Source: Psammoneis japonica
Lineage: Eukaryota
DNA: 60,442 bases
Reading direction: 5' to 3'
Assembly: GCA_008632985.1 (NCBI GenBank)
Contig: QPGO01000125.1
Span: forward strand, 186,001 to 246,442
Shown here: in pieces, positions 21,795 to 34,016 of the stretch
Layout: each line of letters starts with the position of its first letter
How positions within the stretch are numbered: position 1 is the first letter of the stretch
Made by a program: the position numbers and the translations under genes
Notes under the pieces: generated by a model
Database searches by the model: none
What the model saw: the letters and a program-made list of their open reading frames with translations, nothing else
What the model was told of the DNA's origin: nothing

Positions 21795-23048
21795 ATGGTG
21801 GAAGACGACAAACACTCGGTTACCGAGCGCACAATCAGCACGGGCGTTACAGCCCATGACGAGGAAGCTTCTGCCGAAGATTTCATCGTCTCATTCATCG
21901 ACTACGTGCCGCCACCTCCAACCCCTTTGCCGCCTCCGGCGAAATACAAACTGTGGATTCTTGTTTTGATACTAGTTTTTTTCGCGTCGTGGTTTTCAGA
22001 GCAAGGAAAGGCGCTGAACGGATTGAGGTTCTCGGGGTATCTCAACTCCCACGCGGCTCTGTTTCTGCTATTGCTCATTATCGTGTTTTGCCTCACATAC
22101 AGTACGCTGGATTTACTGGTCGTCGGCCTTACACTCAAGATTGGTAAGAAATCTTATGGAGTCGAGCCATGGTTAAAACTAGAAAGAATACAGTGGGTAC
22201 ACAAATACGATAATTTCTTCGTCGAGTTTTTGGCGGTGATTGTCAAGGCTTTTGAGGAAGGCTTCGACATCTTTGATGCCGGACCTACAAGTAGCCAGGA
22301 CGAGGCTCAAAAAGAGGCAAGCGATAAGTCGGAGCTTTTCGAATGCGACAATGGAGAGTGCCACGTCATGCTAAAGATTGATCATCGTATACAACCCGAT
22401 AAAATGCAAGAGTACAAAGCGTGGCAAGAAAAGACAAAGAGACGCGTCGTGACTCAACCGGGATATGTGAGCGCCGTGTCAAACTGTGACGGAAACGGTT
22501 TGATTTCGATATACCTTACATTTGAGTCGATTGACACTTTGAATGACTGGATGACGAGTCCTATTCGCGAAAAGTTGATTGATGAGCTCAAGCCACTTTT
22601 GTTGGCTGATGATGTCGTCCAACTAGTGCAGACTCGTTTGTTACCCGATGCCTTTACCGATTTGTTGACAAAGCAAGGCCAGTCCGTCCCCAAGCTTCTG
22701 CCCAAAAAATGGAAAGTGTGGTGGTTGACTACTTGCGGCTTGTTCTTTACCTTGCTAGTATCAGAGAAGGTGCTGCCGTACTACTTTGAAATATGGGGGC
22801 TGAATGAAGGACATCCTCGACTCCAGAGCTTTGTTGCCTCCATATTTACAACTTGGTTCAATTCTTATGTAATGACACCCTTTCTCATGATGATATTCTT
22901 TCGTTGGGTACGACGAAAAGAGTCAGAAAGTACCGACAAGGAACCGTGGAGAACCTTGGATGACGGCATCGAGTCGATTTGGTTAAAGCTTCTCGTGACC
23001 GTTGCCTTTTTCGGTGGCTGCGCCATTTCATGGGCTATCCAAGGATAG
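21795..23048 (+). CDS. Membrane protein with antibiotic-biosynthesis-monooxygenase-like domain (COG3224-like)
   Basis: ABM-like segment (HRIQPDKMQEYKAW..QPGYVS..TFESIDTLNDWMTSPIR) flanked by PPPAKYK/PKKWK TM modules. Confidence 0.7.
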   Translation: MVEDDKHSVTERTISTGVTAHDEEASAEDFIVSFIDYVPPPPTPLPPPAKYKLWILVLILVFFASWFSEQGKALNGLRFSGYLNSHAALFLLLLIIVFCLTYSTLDLLVVGLTLKIGKKSYGVEPWLKLERIQWVHKYDNFFVEFLAVIVKAFEEGFDIFDAGPTSSQDEAQKEASDKSELFECDNGECHVMLKIDHRIQPDKMQEYKAWQEKTKRRVVTQPGYVSAVSNCDGNGLISIYLTFESIDTLNDWMTSPIREKLIDELKPLLLADDVVQLVQTRLLPDAFTDLLTKQGQSVPKLLPKKWKVWWLTTCGLFFTLLVSEKVLPYYFEIWGLNEGHPRLQSFVASIFTTWFNSYVMTPFLMMIFFRWVRRKESESTDKEPWRTLDDGIESIWLKLLVTVAFFGGCAISWAIQG

Positions 23049-23269
23049 CGATGGCGTCGTCGGCCAGCCATTCATCCCGAAGAATGAAATTCATAGTAGG
23101 TAGCACGAACATTATTGCAGTGCGGTGTTTCTTGGGAGGTTCAAACATTCAGATAACCCGTAACTTGCTTTTTTTACTTCAGGTTGTATCCTATTGCTTC
23201 ATACTCTATGAATCAACAAAAGCTTAATGTTTCGAGTCTTTGAAGGAAAGCTCGTCTCATTTACTTGTA

Positions 23270-23894
23270 CTACTGTATTTTCCCACATGTGGCACATTCA
23301 GGGCTTCTCGAGCAGCTTGATTTTTCGTCCTTGCACTCTCTTGCACACGCTCGACAAAGGCGGCAATGAGCAGCTGCTTTCTTGATGACCATGCTATCTT
23401 CTTTGTAGAAACCAGTTGATAACGAGTAGTTATCAATGCTGCAGGGCTCGTATGGTTTTATCGGGGTGTACCGCAGATGTGACGTACTAGTCCTGCCACT
23501 GTTTTCTCCTACCGGTACTCCATTGTCATCGATACGTTGCTTGGTTGTCTTGTCACAAATAGAGCAGTCAACATCCTCGTGACAATCTTTTTCGTTGCAC
23601 TTTTTGTGGCAGAGAGCACACAGTCTGCATTCTTGCAGGCGTTCCTCGGCTGCCATCATGCTTACTCTGCTGTTGCTTTCCTTTCCCACCAAAAAGCTCT
23701 CAATCTTGCATTTGGCAAGCTCTCTCTTTCGGAGTCTCGGTGGTAAATTTTCTAAGAACAAAGGAATGGTAATGAAGAGGTAAGAAATCTACCGACAAAT
23801 GCGAAAACAGCGCGCACTACCTACCATTGCCATTTTGACCACGTGATAGCACCAAAATTCCCATGAGCAAGACGATGGTGCGTTGCATCATCAT
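23270..23894 (-). CDS. Small secreted Cys-rich protein (intron 23752-23824)
   Basis: Exon 1 MMMQRTIVLLMGILVLSRGQNGN signal peptide splices in frame to ENLPPR; two CRLCxxCxxxC...CxxC repeats. Confidence 0.7.
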
Positions 23895-24704
23895 AGAGAT
23901 CCTAGAGTAGGCGACTTATCAAAATACCGCAACTGTCAAAGGCTGTCAGCTCTGAGGAGCTGTCAACATTTCAATCTGCCTCCCCATCCACCGCCCAACT
24001 TCGTGAGTTCGTGAGCTTCCGCGCTTCCTTTGCATTTCCAGGTACAGTACAGTAGGTATTTATGATTTATGACCCACGGACAAATCTTGAAAAATTGCCT
24101 CCGATGTGTCTCGGATGACCTTCTCCTGACCTATGAATACCTACCTTCTCCGCATCATCCGCCGCCGCGCACCACAGTGTCACAAAATAAAGTAGTCACT
24201 CGTGCTTTACGCTGGATTTGATTTGAAATGAAATGAAGGATGTTCCCACTCCAAAAGTATGATACAGTACTTTGAACTTATTCCGCTGTCGTGGTGTATC
24301 AACCAACCGATGCAGCCCCAAGAAGAGCAAGAACCTACTCAAGGTGCTGTCATACCACGCAAACTGTTTTTCCCTCCGAGCCTCCGCAACCTTGTTTTGA
24401 ATCTGAAGAAGCAAACGAAGCTATAAAGAAGGAGGAGTATTTAACAAGAACGACCCGACAAAGTCAAACTTTCATCTTCCCAACGTAACCAGGAGCACCC
24501 TGGCGCATTATCATCGCCTAAAGGACTGGACTCCATGATTTTGCAACCATCAACACTTCATGGGTAAAGGAGTGGCTGGCAAAACCAAGTGGCATCGTAC
24601 TAATGCTACGGCTATAATTTGGCAGGGCAGAACGTGACAAATACTTGTACGGAGAAGCAAAAGTTAAACAGCAGTATATGTTCTTACTACAGATGATAGT
24701 AAAT

Positions 24705-25907
24705 CTATGAAAGCAAATCCGCAAACGGGTCAGAAGGTGTTGACGATGGTGGTGAAGCAAACATGTTGGTGGGAGCTGCTGCTGCTCCATTATTTGTTGC
24801 GGAATTGTTGCTCGATACGGCAGGAAATCCAAAAATGTTGTTGAAATCATTGTTATTGCTCGACACGGGCGTGGCCTGCATTGTGGCGGGGGTGTTGTTG
24901 TTTGGGGCGTTGCTACCGTTGGAACCGGGATACGCAAAAATGCCGGTTGCATTCACGTGGTTGTTGTTGTTTGTCGCTTGCATGGTTGAAGCCGATGCCT
25001 GCGTTTGCGGAGTTGCTGTTGGTGGAGGAAAGCCAAACATTCCGCTTGCATTGTTCGTGGCACCACCGCCGGAGCTAGTGGTACTAGCAGCTGGAGCTGG
25101 CGCTGGCGTCGCGTAAACAATAGGTGTCTCGGACGCTACAGCAGGTGGACCCTTGGAGAACATATCTGTGGAATGGTTTGTCGCAGACTGCGTTGACAAA
25201 GAAGCGGGTCCTCCTGCACTCGAGGACGCCGTATTGTTCGCTTCCGGAGTAGGAGCATCATAGCTGGCTTCAGGGACTGCGCTGCCACCCAAGTCAATAA
25301 GTTCCTGTTCCTTAGCTTTCCGCTTTTCCTTTATTTTCTCAATATCCTGTCGACATTGATCATAGATAGAACGAATTTTTCGATCCGTCGGTAACCACTC
25401 ACTCTCGTCTTCCAACTTTACGTAAATCGCAAACATGTTGATACCGAACTGCTGCTTATGCCCCTTTATCTGCGTATCCACCACGGCCATTTCGGTTTTG
25501 ATTTTCGTTTCATTTCCTGCCAAACTAGCGGACTTGCCGGCATTTACCATTTTGCCTCCCCACGTGGTGGCAGGAGTCGTAAAGGACCCGGCTCGCTTCA
25601 CTTCTGCTTGAGCCTGTTCTTCTTTGAGTTTCCGCATACGCAGTCGCAGCGACATGATTTCACGCTGCGCTTCCAACAGAGAGGGACGAAGCGTATTTGT
25701 CAAACGATCATCGGAAGAAAAGAATTCAGGCTTTTGTACCATGGGTTCTACAAAGTCATAGAGAGCCACGCCAAAGCTCTGCTGACGACAACGCACGTCG
25801 CGGTCCAAGAGCAGAATTTCGGTGCGCAGCTTGGTGCGATTCGCTCCAATCATGGCAACATTGCCAGCTTTCTGAGACAGGTTCTTTACACTATCCCACA
25901 GACTCAT
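24705..25907 (-). CDS. Hypothetical protein with two coiled-coil repeats and low-complexity tail
   Basis: 400-aa ORF; repeat TKLRTEILLLDRDV..QQSFG / TKIKTEMAVVDTQI..KQQFG; ends DPFADLLS. Confidence 0.8.
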   Translation of the reverse strand: MSLWDSVKNLSQKAGNVAMIGANRTKLRTEILLLDRDVRCRQQSFGVALYDFVEPMVQKPEFFSSDDRLTNTLRPSLLEAQREIMSLRLRMRKLKEEQAQAEVKRAGSFTTPATTWGGKMVNAGKSASLAGNETKIKTEMAVVDTQIKGHKQQFGINMFAIYVKLEDESEWLPTDRKIRSIYDQCRQDIEKIKEKRKAKEQELIDLGGSAVPEASYDAPTPEANNTASSSAGGPASLSTQSATNHSTDMFSKGPPAVASETPIVYATPAPAPAASTTSSGGGATNNASGMFGFPPPTATPQTQASASTMQATNNNNHVNATGIFAYPGSNGSNAPNNNTPATMQATPVSSNNNDFNNIFGFPAVSSNNSATNNGAAAAPTNMFASPPSSTPSDPFADLLS

Positions 25908-26766
25908 GGTGAGGCTATGGTATGTAGGGTTCGAAGATTAGAACGTATGATGCTCTCTATCGCGACGTCTCGTCTTGGTCATTCAGGTCGTGTTGTTGTG
26001 CAGTGTTGCGAATGGTATTATTTTGCGTTCGCCGTTCGCGCTTACCTCAGCCACGCATGAAATATTTTTATACATATTAATATACATATATATTAGGTAT
26101 ATATCTTCCGTTGTAACCTTCCTTTTAAATTTTAAATACTGAATAAATACTGAAATATGTATTTTCATGACGATCTATATAGAATCATTAATATGATATA
26201 TACATGGATACATCAAATTACTTAGAGGCCCTGGACGGCCTGCACGACCACTCGCTTCTCACAAAATGAGCGATCAATCTCAAAAAAGGGGCACAAAAAG
26301 AGCGGCAGAGCGCAGGCAAAGTAGTACCTGGTATTCATTCTCTTGGCTACGTATGAAGGTGTGGAGAGGTGTTTACCCCATGTGAAGGCTAACGATGGGC
26401 AAATCATGAAACGTCCAGAAGCGAAACGTGGCAATTAGCGCGAGAACAATCATTTAGCGCATTTTAAGACGAAAGACGAGAGACAACCAAGGAGCAACTC
26501 TGGGTCACTAAAGGTGCGAGGAAACGAAATATGTCAGAGGAGCTCAAGTCGCACATTTAGAGTACGCATCTGATGGCTACGGACACTGACGCTCATTCGC
26601 CGTCTTCATTTTTCAGCAGCATGTAAACACAGATCGTTTGTGATTTATGAATTCAGCTGAGCAAGCCTTTGAAAGTCCACGAGGCTGCACTCTTGCGCAT
26701 GAGATATACATTGAATGAATGAAAAATCCTGAATAAATTGGCAATACAGCAACATGGAAACATGGA

Positions 26767-28371
26767 TCAAGAGAGATGGGAGGAACGACTTGGACGACGA
26801 AGCCGTGCAATTCTCCTGCTTTTTCTCCCGTAAATTTGGTCGAGCTTTTTGACATTCACCCACGGTTGAACTTTCTTTGTGATTGGATTCCACTGCCACT
26901 CCTCATTGTCTACAATGTTCTTTACCCCTTCCAGAAAACCTTTCCAATCCGAGTGAGCGGAAGGGAGATCCTTTACTTGCTGCTGACCAAAGAGTAACGT
27001 GAACAACTCCAGCAGCTCGTCCTTACAAAGCGGTCGTTCATCGATGAAATCGAACAAGCGGTGGTGATAGCCCATCTCGCGGCATCGATGCAATGGTAGG
27101 GCGTAGTTGAGGAATTTGTTATGCGCATATATCTCACGAGCTTCCATCATGAAGTCATCCAGGACTTCCACGTTGTACTCCAGTTGTGAGTCCAAGCTGT
27201 TGTAAAACCGTACCACCTTTTCATCGTTTGTGCAGAGGCGAATGACAACCCAAACCCGCAGCCCTTCCAGTGATCGAAGTGTTTCCACAAATTCTTCCTC
27301 CAGCGAGAAGCCGTTATTGCATCTCGAGCTTTTTGTAGGGATTGCATCCGTTGCAATGACAATCGCCACACTTGTCCCATTCTGATTTAGCGTTTGCTGC
27401 TGTTCAATGATTTTTTCTCGAATATCGCGAATGTGATTACTCAGCGGTGTCATGCCACCGGGCGAGCATTCCAGACATTTCAGAGCGATCTGCGTGTCTT
27501 GTTCAATCATGTTGTCACCTCGTTCGGCAATACTAAACTGTTGTAGACCGTGGACCCTGCCGGGATCATTGAGTAGACGAAAGACAGTTGGGGCTTTTAG
27601 TAGCGCTGCCATTTCTGCATGATACTTGGCTGTTTCTCGAAGCTCATTCCACCGAGTGCATTGTACGTACTGCAAATTCTTTCTGGTGCTCGTTTCCGCC
27701 AATCTGCTTCCGTCCAAGGTTGCCATACTGCCTGAGTTATCAATCACCCAGATTCTCAAGGGAAATGCTGATATATTCTGAGCCATGGCTTCTGCAAGAC
27801 CACGAGGATATCCTTCTTCTGTAAGAGAATGAATGGCATGGCTACTAATACCATCCAATGCCGGCGTGGGCACTTTTAGATCTCTGCTTTGCCCGTCCGC
27901 AAAGCAAAAACGTGAATCAGAGCAACTTGTTCCATAATTGTCATCACGATACATGACCTCGGCAACAGGAACATTGGCTCGTTCAAGGAGAACACCCTGG
28001 AGCTGTGATTCGTGTTGCCGCAGTTGCTCCTCTTGCTTCTGCAACTGCTCTTTCAAGATTTCAACGTCTGCCTCGCGGTTTGAAACGAGCCTAGCAGTAA
28101 TCGGAGACTCGTCTTCCTCGTTGTCGTGGACAGTTTCGGCGGACGAAAAGGAGAATTCATCATAATCGCCACAAGATGTAGCATCCACTCCCCTTACCGC
28201 TACTGCTCCTGGGCGTACTCCTTCTGGCAGATCGTCGACAAGCTCTTTCGCCAGCGTTGAAGAATTGATTAACGGACTCGATGCAGTTACAGAGTCTGAA
28301 ACCTCAGACGGGGCAGTAGTAGTCTTCTCGTATCTTGACAGACAATGCAAGTCACTTTCTCCAGACTGCAT
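26767..28371 (-). CDS. von Willebrand factor A (VWA) domain protein
   Basis: MIDAS motif IWVIDNSGSM, GGMTPL, IVIATD; likely start MQSG at 28371. Confidence 0.85.
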   Translation of the reverse strand: MQSGESDLHCLSRYEKTTTAPSEVSDSVTASSPLINSSTLAKELVDDLPEGVRPGAVAVRGVDATSCGDYDEFSFSSAETVHDNEEDESPITARLVSNREADVEILKEQLQKQEEQLRQHESQLQGVLLERANVPVAEVMYRDDNYGTSCSDSRFCFADGQSRDLKVPTPALDGISSHAIHSLTEEGYPRGLAEAMAQNISAFPLRIWVIDNSGSMATLDGSRLAETSTRKNLQYVQCTRWNELRETAKYHAEMAALLKAPTVFRLLNDPGRVHGLQQFSIAERGDNMIEQDTQIALKCLECSPGGMTPLSNHIRDIREKIIEQQQTLNQNGTSVAIVIATDAIPTKSSRCNNGFSLEEEFVETLRSLEGLRVWVVIRLCTNDEKVVRFYNSLDSQLEYNVEVLDDFMMEAREIYAHNKFLNYALPLHRCREMGYHHRLFDFIDERPLCKDELLELFTLLFGQQQVKDLPSAHSDWKGFLEGVKNIVDNEEWQWNPITKKVQPWVNVKKLDQIYGRKSRRIARLRRPSRSSHLS

Positions 28372-28742
28372 CACTAGAGCCAAAATACCTAAAGACGGAG
28401 TGGAGTGGATTTCGACCCGATATTCAGCGTCGCTTGGGCGATGGCTGCATCGTTTGTAATCGACGAGGCCTGTACGTAGTTCTCTGGAAGAAGCTGTTAC
28501 CAAAGCACAACAAAAATGAAATGAGATTTCGATTTGAGCGACAATCGTTAAAGGGAGTACAGAAGAATGGCACCGTACCCTTCCTGCATTCGTTAGCTTC
28601 ATTATTTACTCTCTCCCTGAGCCCGGCTATCATATATGGTACTCTCTTGGTTGCTAATTCCTATTCGGTAGATACTGTAAACGTCGATGTTCTCGATCAC
28701 GATGGAAGAAGACTTCATCCTTTTTTTATGTGCTTTGAACCC

Positions 28743-29459
28743 AGTCGTTGGACGACTACACTACGACCAAGTTACGACTACCTAACTTCCCGGATCCGCG
28801 GGTGTCAGTCGTGCGTCGTGGTCCCGCATACCGGACCAATACATACGGTAGCTTTTGAACTACTGACAAGCTCAATACAGTACCGGATAGGTCGCTCAAT
28901 CGGAACGTTTGCTATCTTTTCGAAGCTAGAACAGAAATTACAAACCCTTATTGACTGGTTCCTTCCCCTTCCTCTAAGGAACAAAAGTACTACTGTACCT
29001 ACACGAAACTACCAAGAGCAAACTTTATTCTTTTTGCGCTATTCCGCTGGTTTCAGTTTAACGGTTAGACTTACATCTCATCCTTCAGTCGTTGGACGAC
29101 TACACTACGACCAGAGAGAGAGGCTTCGCAGTAAAAGGATGGACGACTACGACTACACTACGACTAACTTCGCGGATCCGCGGGGGTCAGTCGTGCGTCG
29201 TGGTCCAGCACACCGCACCAATAATATTTTCAATTGACAAGTTCAACACAGTACCGGATATGTCGGTCAATAGGAGCTTTTACCTTCTTTTCGAAGCTAG
29301 AAATGAAATTACACGCACGGTACTGATTGGTCCCTTCACCTTCCTCTAAGGCAACAAAGTACTACTGCACCTACACGAAACCACCAAGTAAACTTTGTTC
29401 TTTTGCACTATTCCGCTGTTTAACGGTTAGACTTACTGACACGCTCAATCTCATCCTTC
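28743..29459. repeat. Tandem duplication (~345-370 bp) of the RPS5 3' end and downstream region
   Basis: Copies 28743-29086 and 29087-29459 both start AGTCGTTGGACGACTACACTACGACCA and end ACGGTTAGACTTAC..ATCTCATCCTTC. Confidence 0.9.
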
Positions 29460-30185
29460 TTCTTAATGGCATAAGAGTTGGAAGAACCACGAGCAGCATT
29501 GATGAGCTCCTCTGCAAGACACTCAGCCATGGTCTTGAGGTTCCTGAAGGAAGCTTCGCGGGCACCCGTTGCCAAGAGGTAAAGGGCGTAGTTCACACGA
29601 CGGAACGGTGACATATCGACGGCCTGCCTACGCACAACGCCGGCTCCACCCACCCTGGTGGAATCTTCGCGGGGTCCGGAGTTGATAATGGCATCGACAA
29701 CAACCTGAATGGGGTTTTGGTCCGTGAGCAGGTGGATGATCTCAAGCGTGTGCTGCACGATGCGAACAGCCATGAGCTTCTTGCCAGCGTTGCGGCCCTT
29801 CCTCATGAGGCAGCAGGCGAGACGCTCGACAATGGGGCAGGAGGCCTTGCGGAAACGTTTCTTCTGATAGCGACCGGCAGTGTGGGGCAAGTAAGTAGCA
29901 TGGTCTCCCTTGCACGCAATGTAGTCCTGAAGAAACAAGAAATAAAAATTCAAAATTAGAAATACATAAATTAGGGAATTACCTTATTCAAAATCCTCCA
30001 ATAATCAAACTCACCACAAGAGAAATATCGCGGACTTCGATGTCATCGAAACTCCACTTGCCGTAAAGCTTCACTTCGGACGCTCCACCAACGGCGTCGA
30101 ATTCATCCTCCTCTTGAATTTCCTCCTCAACGTCGTCGTAGACGGGTTCCTCTTCGGCAGCAATTGGTTCTTCAACGTCGGCCAT
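29420..30185 (-). CDS. RPS5: 40S ribosomal protein S5 (uS7), intron 29927-30014
   Basis: [59 protein letters not shown]. Confidence 0.98.
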
Positions 30186-30469
30186 GGTGCGTCTTTTTTC
30201 CTCACAGAACGTGCGGATGTGCAGGTCTTAGAGGGAATTCGTGGGGTTGGTATGTTTGTACCGGTACGCACATGCACGTAGACGAATGAGAGACGAACCA
30301 CTCACCGTAGGAACCCGTAGGATATGTACCGGCAGTTACAAGTAAGCGGTAGCACAGTAAGAGATGTGCTGAGACGGACAGACGAGGGCGATGCGGAGCC
30401 CCGCCCGCCCGCCGCCCGCGCCTCGCCCATGGCTGGCTGGTGGCTCGGCTACGGCTGGGCGCCCATCCA

Positions 30470-33260
30470 CACCCAGCCCGCCCAGCCAGCCATGCCAAGG
30501 TTGTCCATGTCATCCAGAACCCAATCATCATTCTGAAGACACCATCAGCTTCAGCTTCTGCACAAAAGTTGCAGCAGCACCCAGCCAGAGCACAATCATG
30601 TTTGCCAGCAGTGTGGCGGAAGGGAGGAGGGGGCGGGGGCAACTTCTCTTTTTTTTTTCTTGACGTTCGCACAAAACACTCTGCTGAGCTCTGTGCTGTG
30701 CTTTCTCTTTTGCACACGCTCTCATCTTCCATCCTCTTGTTTTTCTCCATGCTCTGTCACTTTTTTGCTGTGCTGCAGTGCAAACATTCTCTGGCACACC
30801 CCCCACAGGCTCTTTGGCTTGTTGCAAAACACAGCGCCAGTGCAAGCTTCTTTGGATGACAGCCGCCACTTGAGAAAATCTTTGGAGACCAGTGCCAGAG
30901 AAAGCAAAAGCCAGATTGGCTTGCTTTCTGAGTGAGCAGCAAACCTGCACCACATGTGCACTTTCAACTGGGTTTCTTTCAGAGAGTGCACAGGTGGAAA
31001 AACAGGCTCGTCTCTCATCATTGGCAGAGAGTGATCATGGTGGGAGGTCACTTTGGCTCCTTGTGTGTTGGGAAGGCAGAGTTGAGCAGTCAACACAGCA
31101 GTGCAGCAGAGATCATCACACAACAACCTGCAGCTCTGCCACAGATTGTTGTCAAAATTGTCAAAAGGCTTTTTGACATTTTCTTGAGACCTTGTTCTGT
31201 CAAAAAAGTTTGACTTCTTTGGCAAAGCTCCTGCAGCAAAAATTTTTATGGCATTTTGTTGCACGCAAAGCTGTCAGCAGGTGACACAGCCAAGTGGCTG
31301 AAATGCCAAGCAACAATGTGCAGAAACTCATCACATGCTGAAATCAAGACAAAATTGCCACTTGCTTGTTTTTCTGAGAAAGTCATCTCTGCTGGTGTGA
31401 GCCCTTTTGCAAGAACTTTGTGCGAGGTCATGAAACCAGCACTTGGCCAACACAAAGTGTGCCCTTGATGTGCAATGCATCCCAACACACCAGCTCTCTG
31501 TCTGTCAGAGGGAAGTGATCTTGCCATCTCAACTGCTGAGCACAGCACTCCACCATCACCTCTGAGCAACTCAACACCTGATGGACCCATGTTTGGCATT
31601 CTCAAAAGGCAGGCTGCCCCTCATGCAAGCCAATGAAGAAGACATGACTCCCCAAGAATCATCAGGTGAGAGAGCTCAGCTTTCAGCACAAAACCCATGG
31701 AAAAGAGCGCACTGCACTTTCTTTCTAAGTTTTGGCAAAGTCTCTTCTCTCAAGATCTTCAGCAGCCACACCTGTGCCAATTTTTCCATTCTTGGCTGCC
31801 AACAAGAATTTTTAGAGAGCCAAAGATGATGAATGGCAATTCGTGGCGATTCCCCGGGAGTTCACCCTTCCCGTGGAAAAACATGGCAGAAGGTGGCAAT
31901 CCCAGGGAATTTTGAGAAAATGCACGGTGGGGCCAAACTGAGGCACACAGAAGGGCACAGCCAAGTTGTTGATGACTTCTGTTCAGCAACACACTGCTGC
32001 TGACAAAGCTGTCATCTTTGGGTGGATCTGCAACAGAACACGGGCTCTGCTGAGAAAAAACTTGGAGAGCTCTTGCTTGTTTTTTCTGTGGCTGTGGAGG
32101 CAGAAGGTCAGAACTTGAGATGGCAGTGCGTGCAAGTCATCACAAAGTCAATGGTCAGGCAGAGGTGCTGCTGCAGCAGAGAGGCAGTCTTGGAGCATGG
32201 ACACACTGACAGCATCAGCAAAACTGAAGGCAGCTGTGCTTGTGCTGCATCATGCACCCCCATGTGCGAGCATCGGGCAGAGACTGGACTTTCAGTTGGG
32301 CGGGTGCAATGCTGCCAGCTCTCAAGCTCTCACAGTTGAGCACCACTGTGGTCCCAGCTGGCTCTCTCCAGCCTGACAAGATTTGCCAGCAGGCAAAGCA
32401 GCAAAAAGAGACAATGAGCGGGCAAACACCAAACCACTGTTTGGTCAAGAGCACTTTGCCTGGCTGTGCCAACTGGAGCCACGTGCTGCTCCAAGGAAAA
32501 TCTGGCTCTAAATGTTTCCCCCAGCAACAACAGGATTTCCTGACAGCTGGCAGAGGGGAGCTCTGCCTCCATGAATTTGGAGTGGATTGCGTGCTCTTGT
32601 CCTTCCTCATCGGGTGGGAAGAAGGTGTGTGAGTTCAAAGAGGTTGTTGAGCTGGCAAGCGTGCATGGAAATGACTGGGTGCCATTGCTGCACACTTTCT
32701 TGAGGGGCTGTGCAACCAATCCTTGGAATTTTCTGCAACTTTGCAGGCCATCTTGGTCATGAAAAACTTTTTGAGTGCTGCATCAAAAGTGCCCTCTTTG
32801 CCACAGAGCAGCGCTTGCGTCATGCTGGCTCACAGCGCATCACTCCAGCCCCTCTTCAGCACGCGCCAAACAGAAGGCATGGTGACAAGGCATGGTGACA
32901 AGACAGAGACAGGGAAGACATTTGTGACATCCAGAGGAGCAGCAACACTCTTTTGTTGAACTGCCACCTTGGAAGAAAGCAATGTCGTTTTCTGTGTCAT
33001 CTTCAGAGCCCAGCTTCAGAATCAATTTTTTCTGGAGTCTGTCAGGGTTGCCAGTGTTTCAGTCAATGTGAGACAGAAAGCAGCCACTCAACATTTGGCA
33101 AAAGCTTGTGTTGATTTTCTGCTGCTTTCCTCTCGCACAATGTGCCAAGCACGCATGCCATCTTGTTTTGTTGTGCTGCACACACGAACGGACGAGTGAT
33201 CAAAAGTGCAAGCCAGCCAGCGAGCTGCCACAGCACCTCACTTCCCGTCGTCTGACTGGC
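30470..33260. other. TpA- and CpG-depleted hypermutated block 2 (unclassified repeat-derived DNA)
   Basis: About 4 TA in 2.8 kb by eye (31247, 31726, 31813, 32509); no recognisable protein. Confidence 0.85.
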
Positions 33261-34016
33261 GTTCTATGGTGTCGCACTAGCTCTGAAGAGTCGTCATTGT
33301 CATCCTTTCCGTCGGTTCCTTCCCGCCCACTCCCAGCTTGCTTGGTCGGTTCCATGACCTCCTGCCTTCCACCGCTGTAGGTCTAAGTGATGAATTCTGT
33401 ATCGACATTTGAAAAGAAGAGTTGTTAAATAGGCTGACAGGACAATGTCGTGCATCTGTAAACCAGGGCAGTTGGTCATCAGAATTCCACGTAATGATGT
33501 TTTCGTTTATGAACATTTTTATACGCTGGCTGAAGGGTAAAGGTGGTGGTAGCAGTCTACAGCACCGTATGGATGGTGTCCGGGTACTGTACACTGTAAC
33601 TTGTATGCCCGCATCATTCTTCAATTGTGTCTTTTTTCCGGTAGAGTAATTCCTTGCATTTGTTCGCTGCTAAAGTCATCAGTGCGTGCCGTCATTCTTT
33701 CGTTTTTTGTTCTTGGTACAAGAAGTATTCCCCACCTGCCGCACCAGCAGTTCCAACAGCAGGGGTCAGCGGGTACGACAAAAGTTAGAGAAGACTCGAG
33801 GACGATATCGATAGGCGAGCGCTTCAAAACTGCAAGTTAGCAGTAGACGAGCGTTTGCGTTGTTCCACCCATCTACTTGTGGGTGCACAGAATCAGTGTG
33901 GTAGGTGGTAGCACAAATAGATCGAGCGCATTCCTCCGGTTGTGCAGTTGTGTGCTGTCCTCATATACTATACTAGAGCAGATCGCGCCCCACGCACCCA
34001 TATAGCATACCATATA

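Noticed and set aside
30470..33260. Short ORFs as real genes
   Set aside because: They overlap in all frames, show no recognisable motif, and are explained by loss of TAA/TAG
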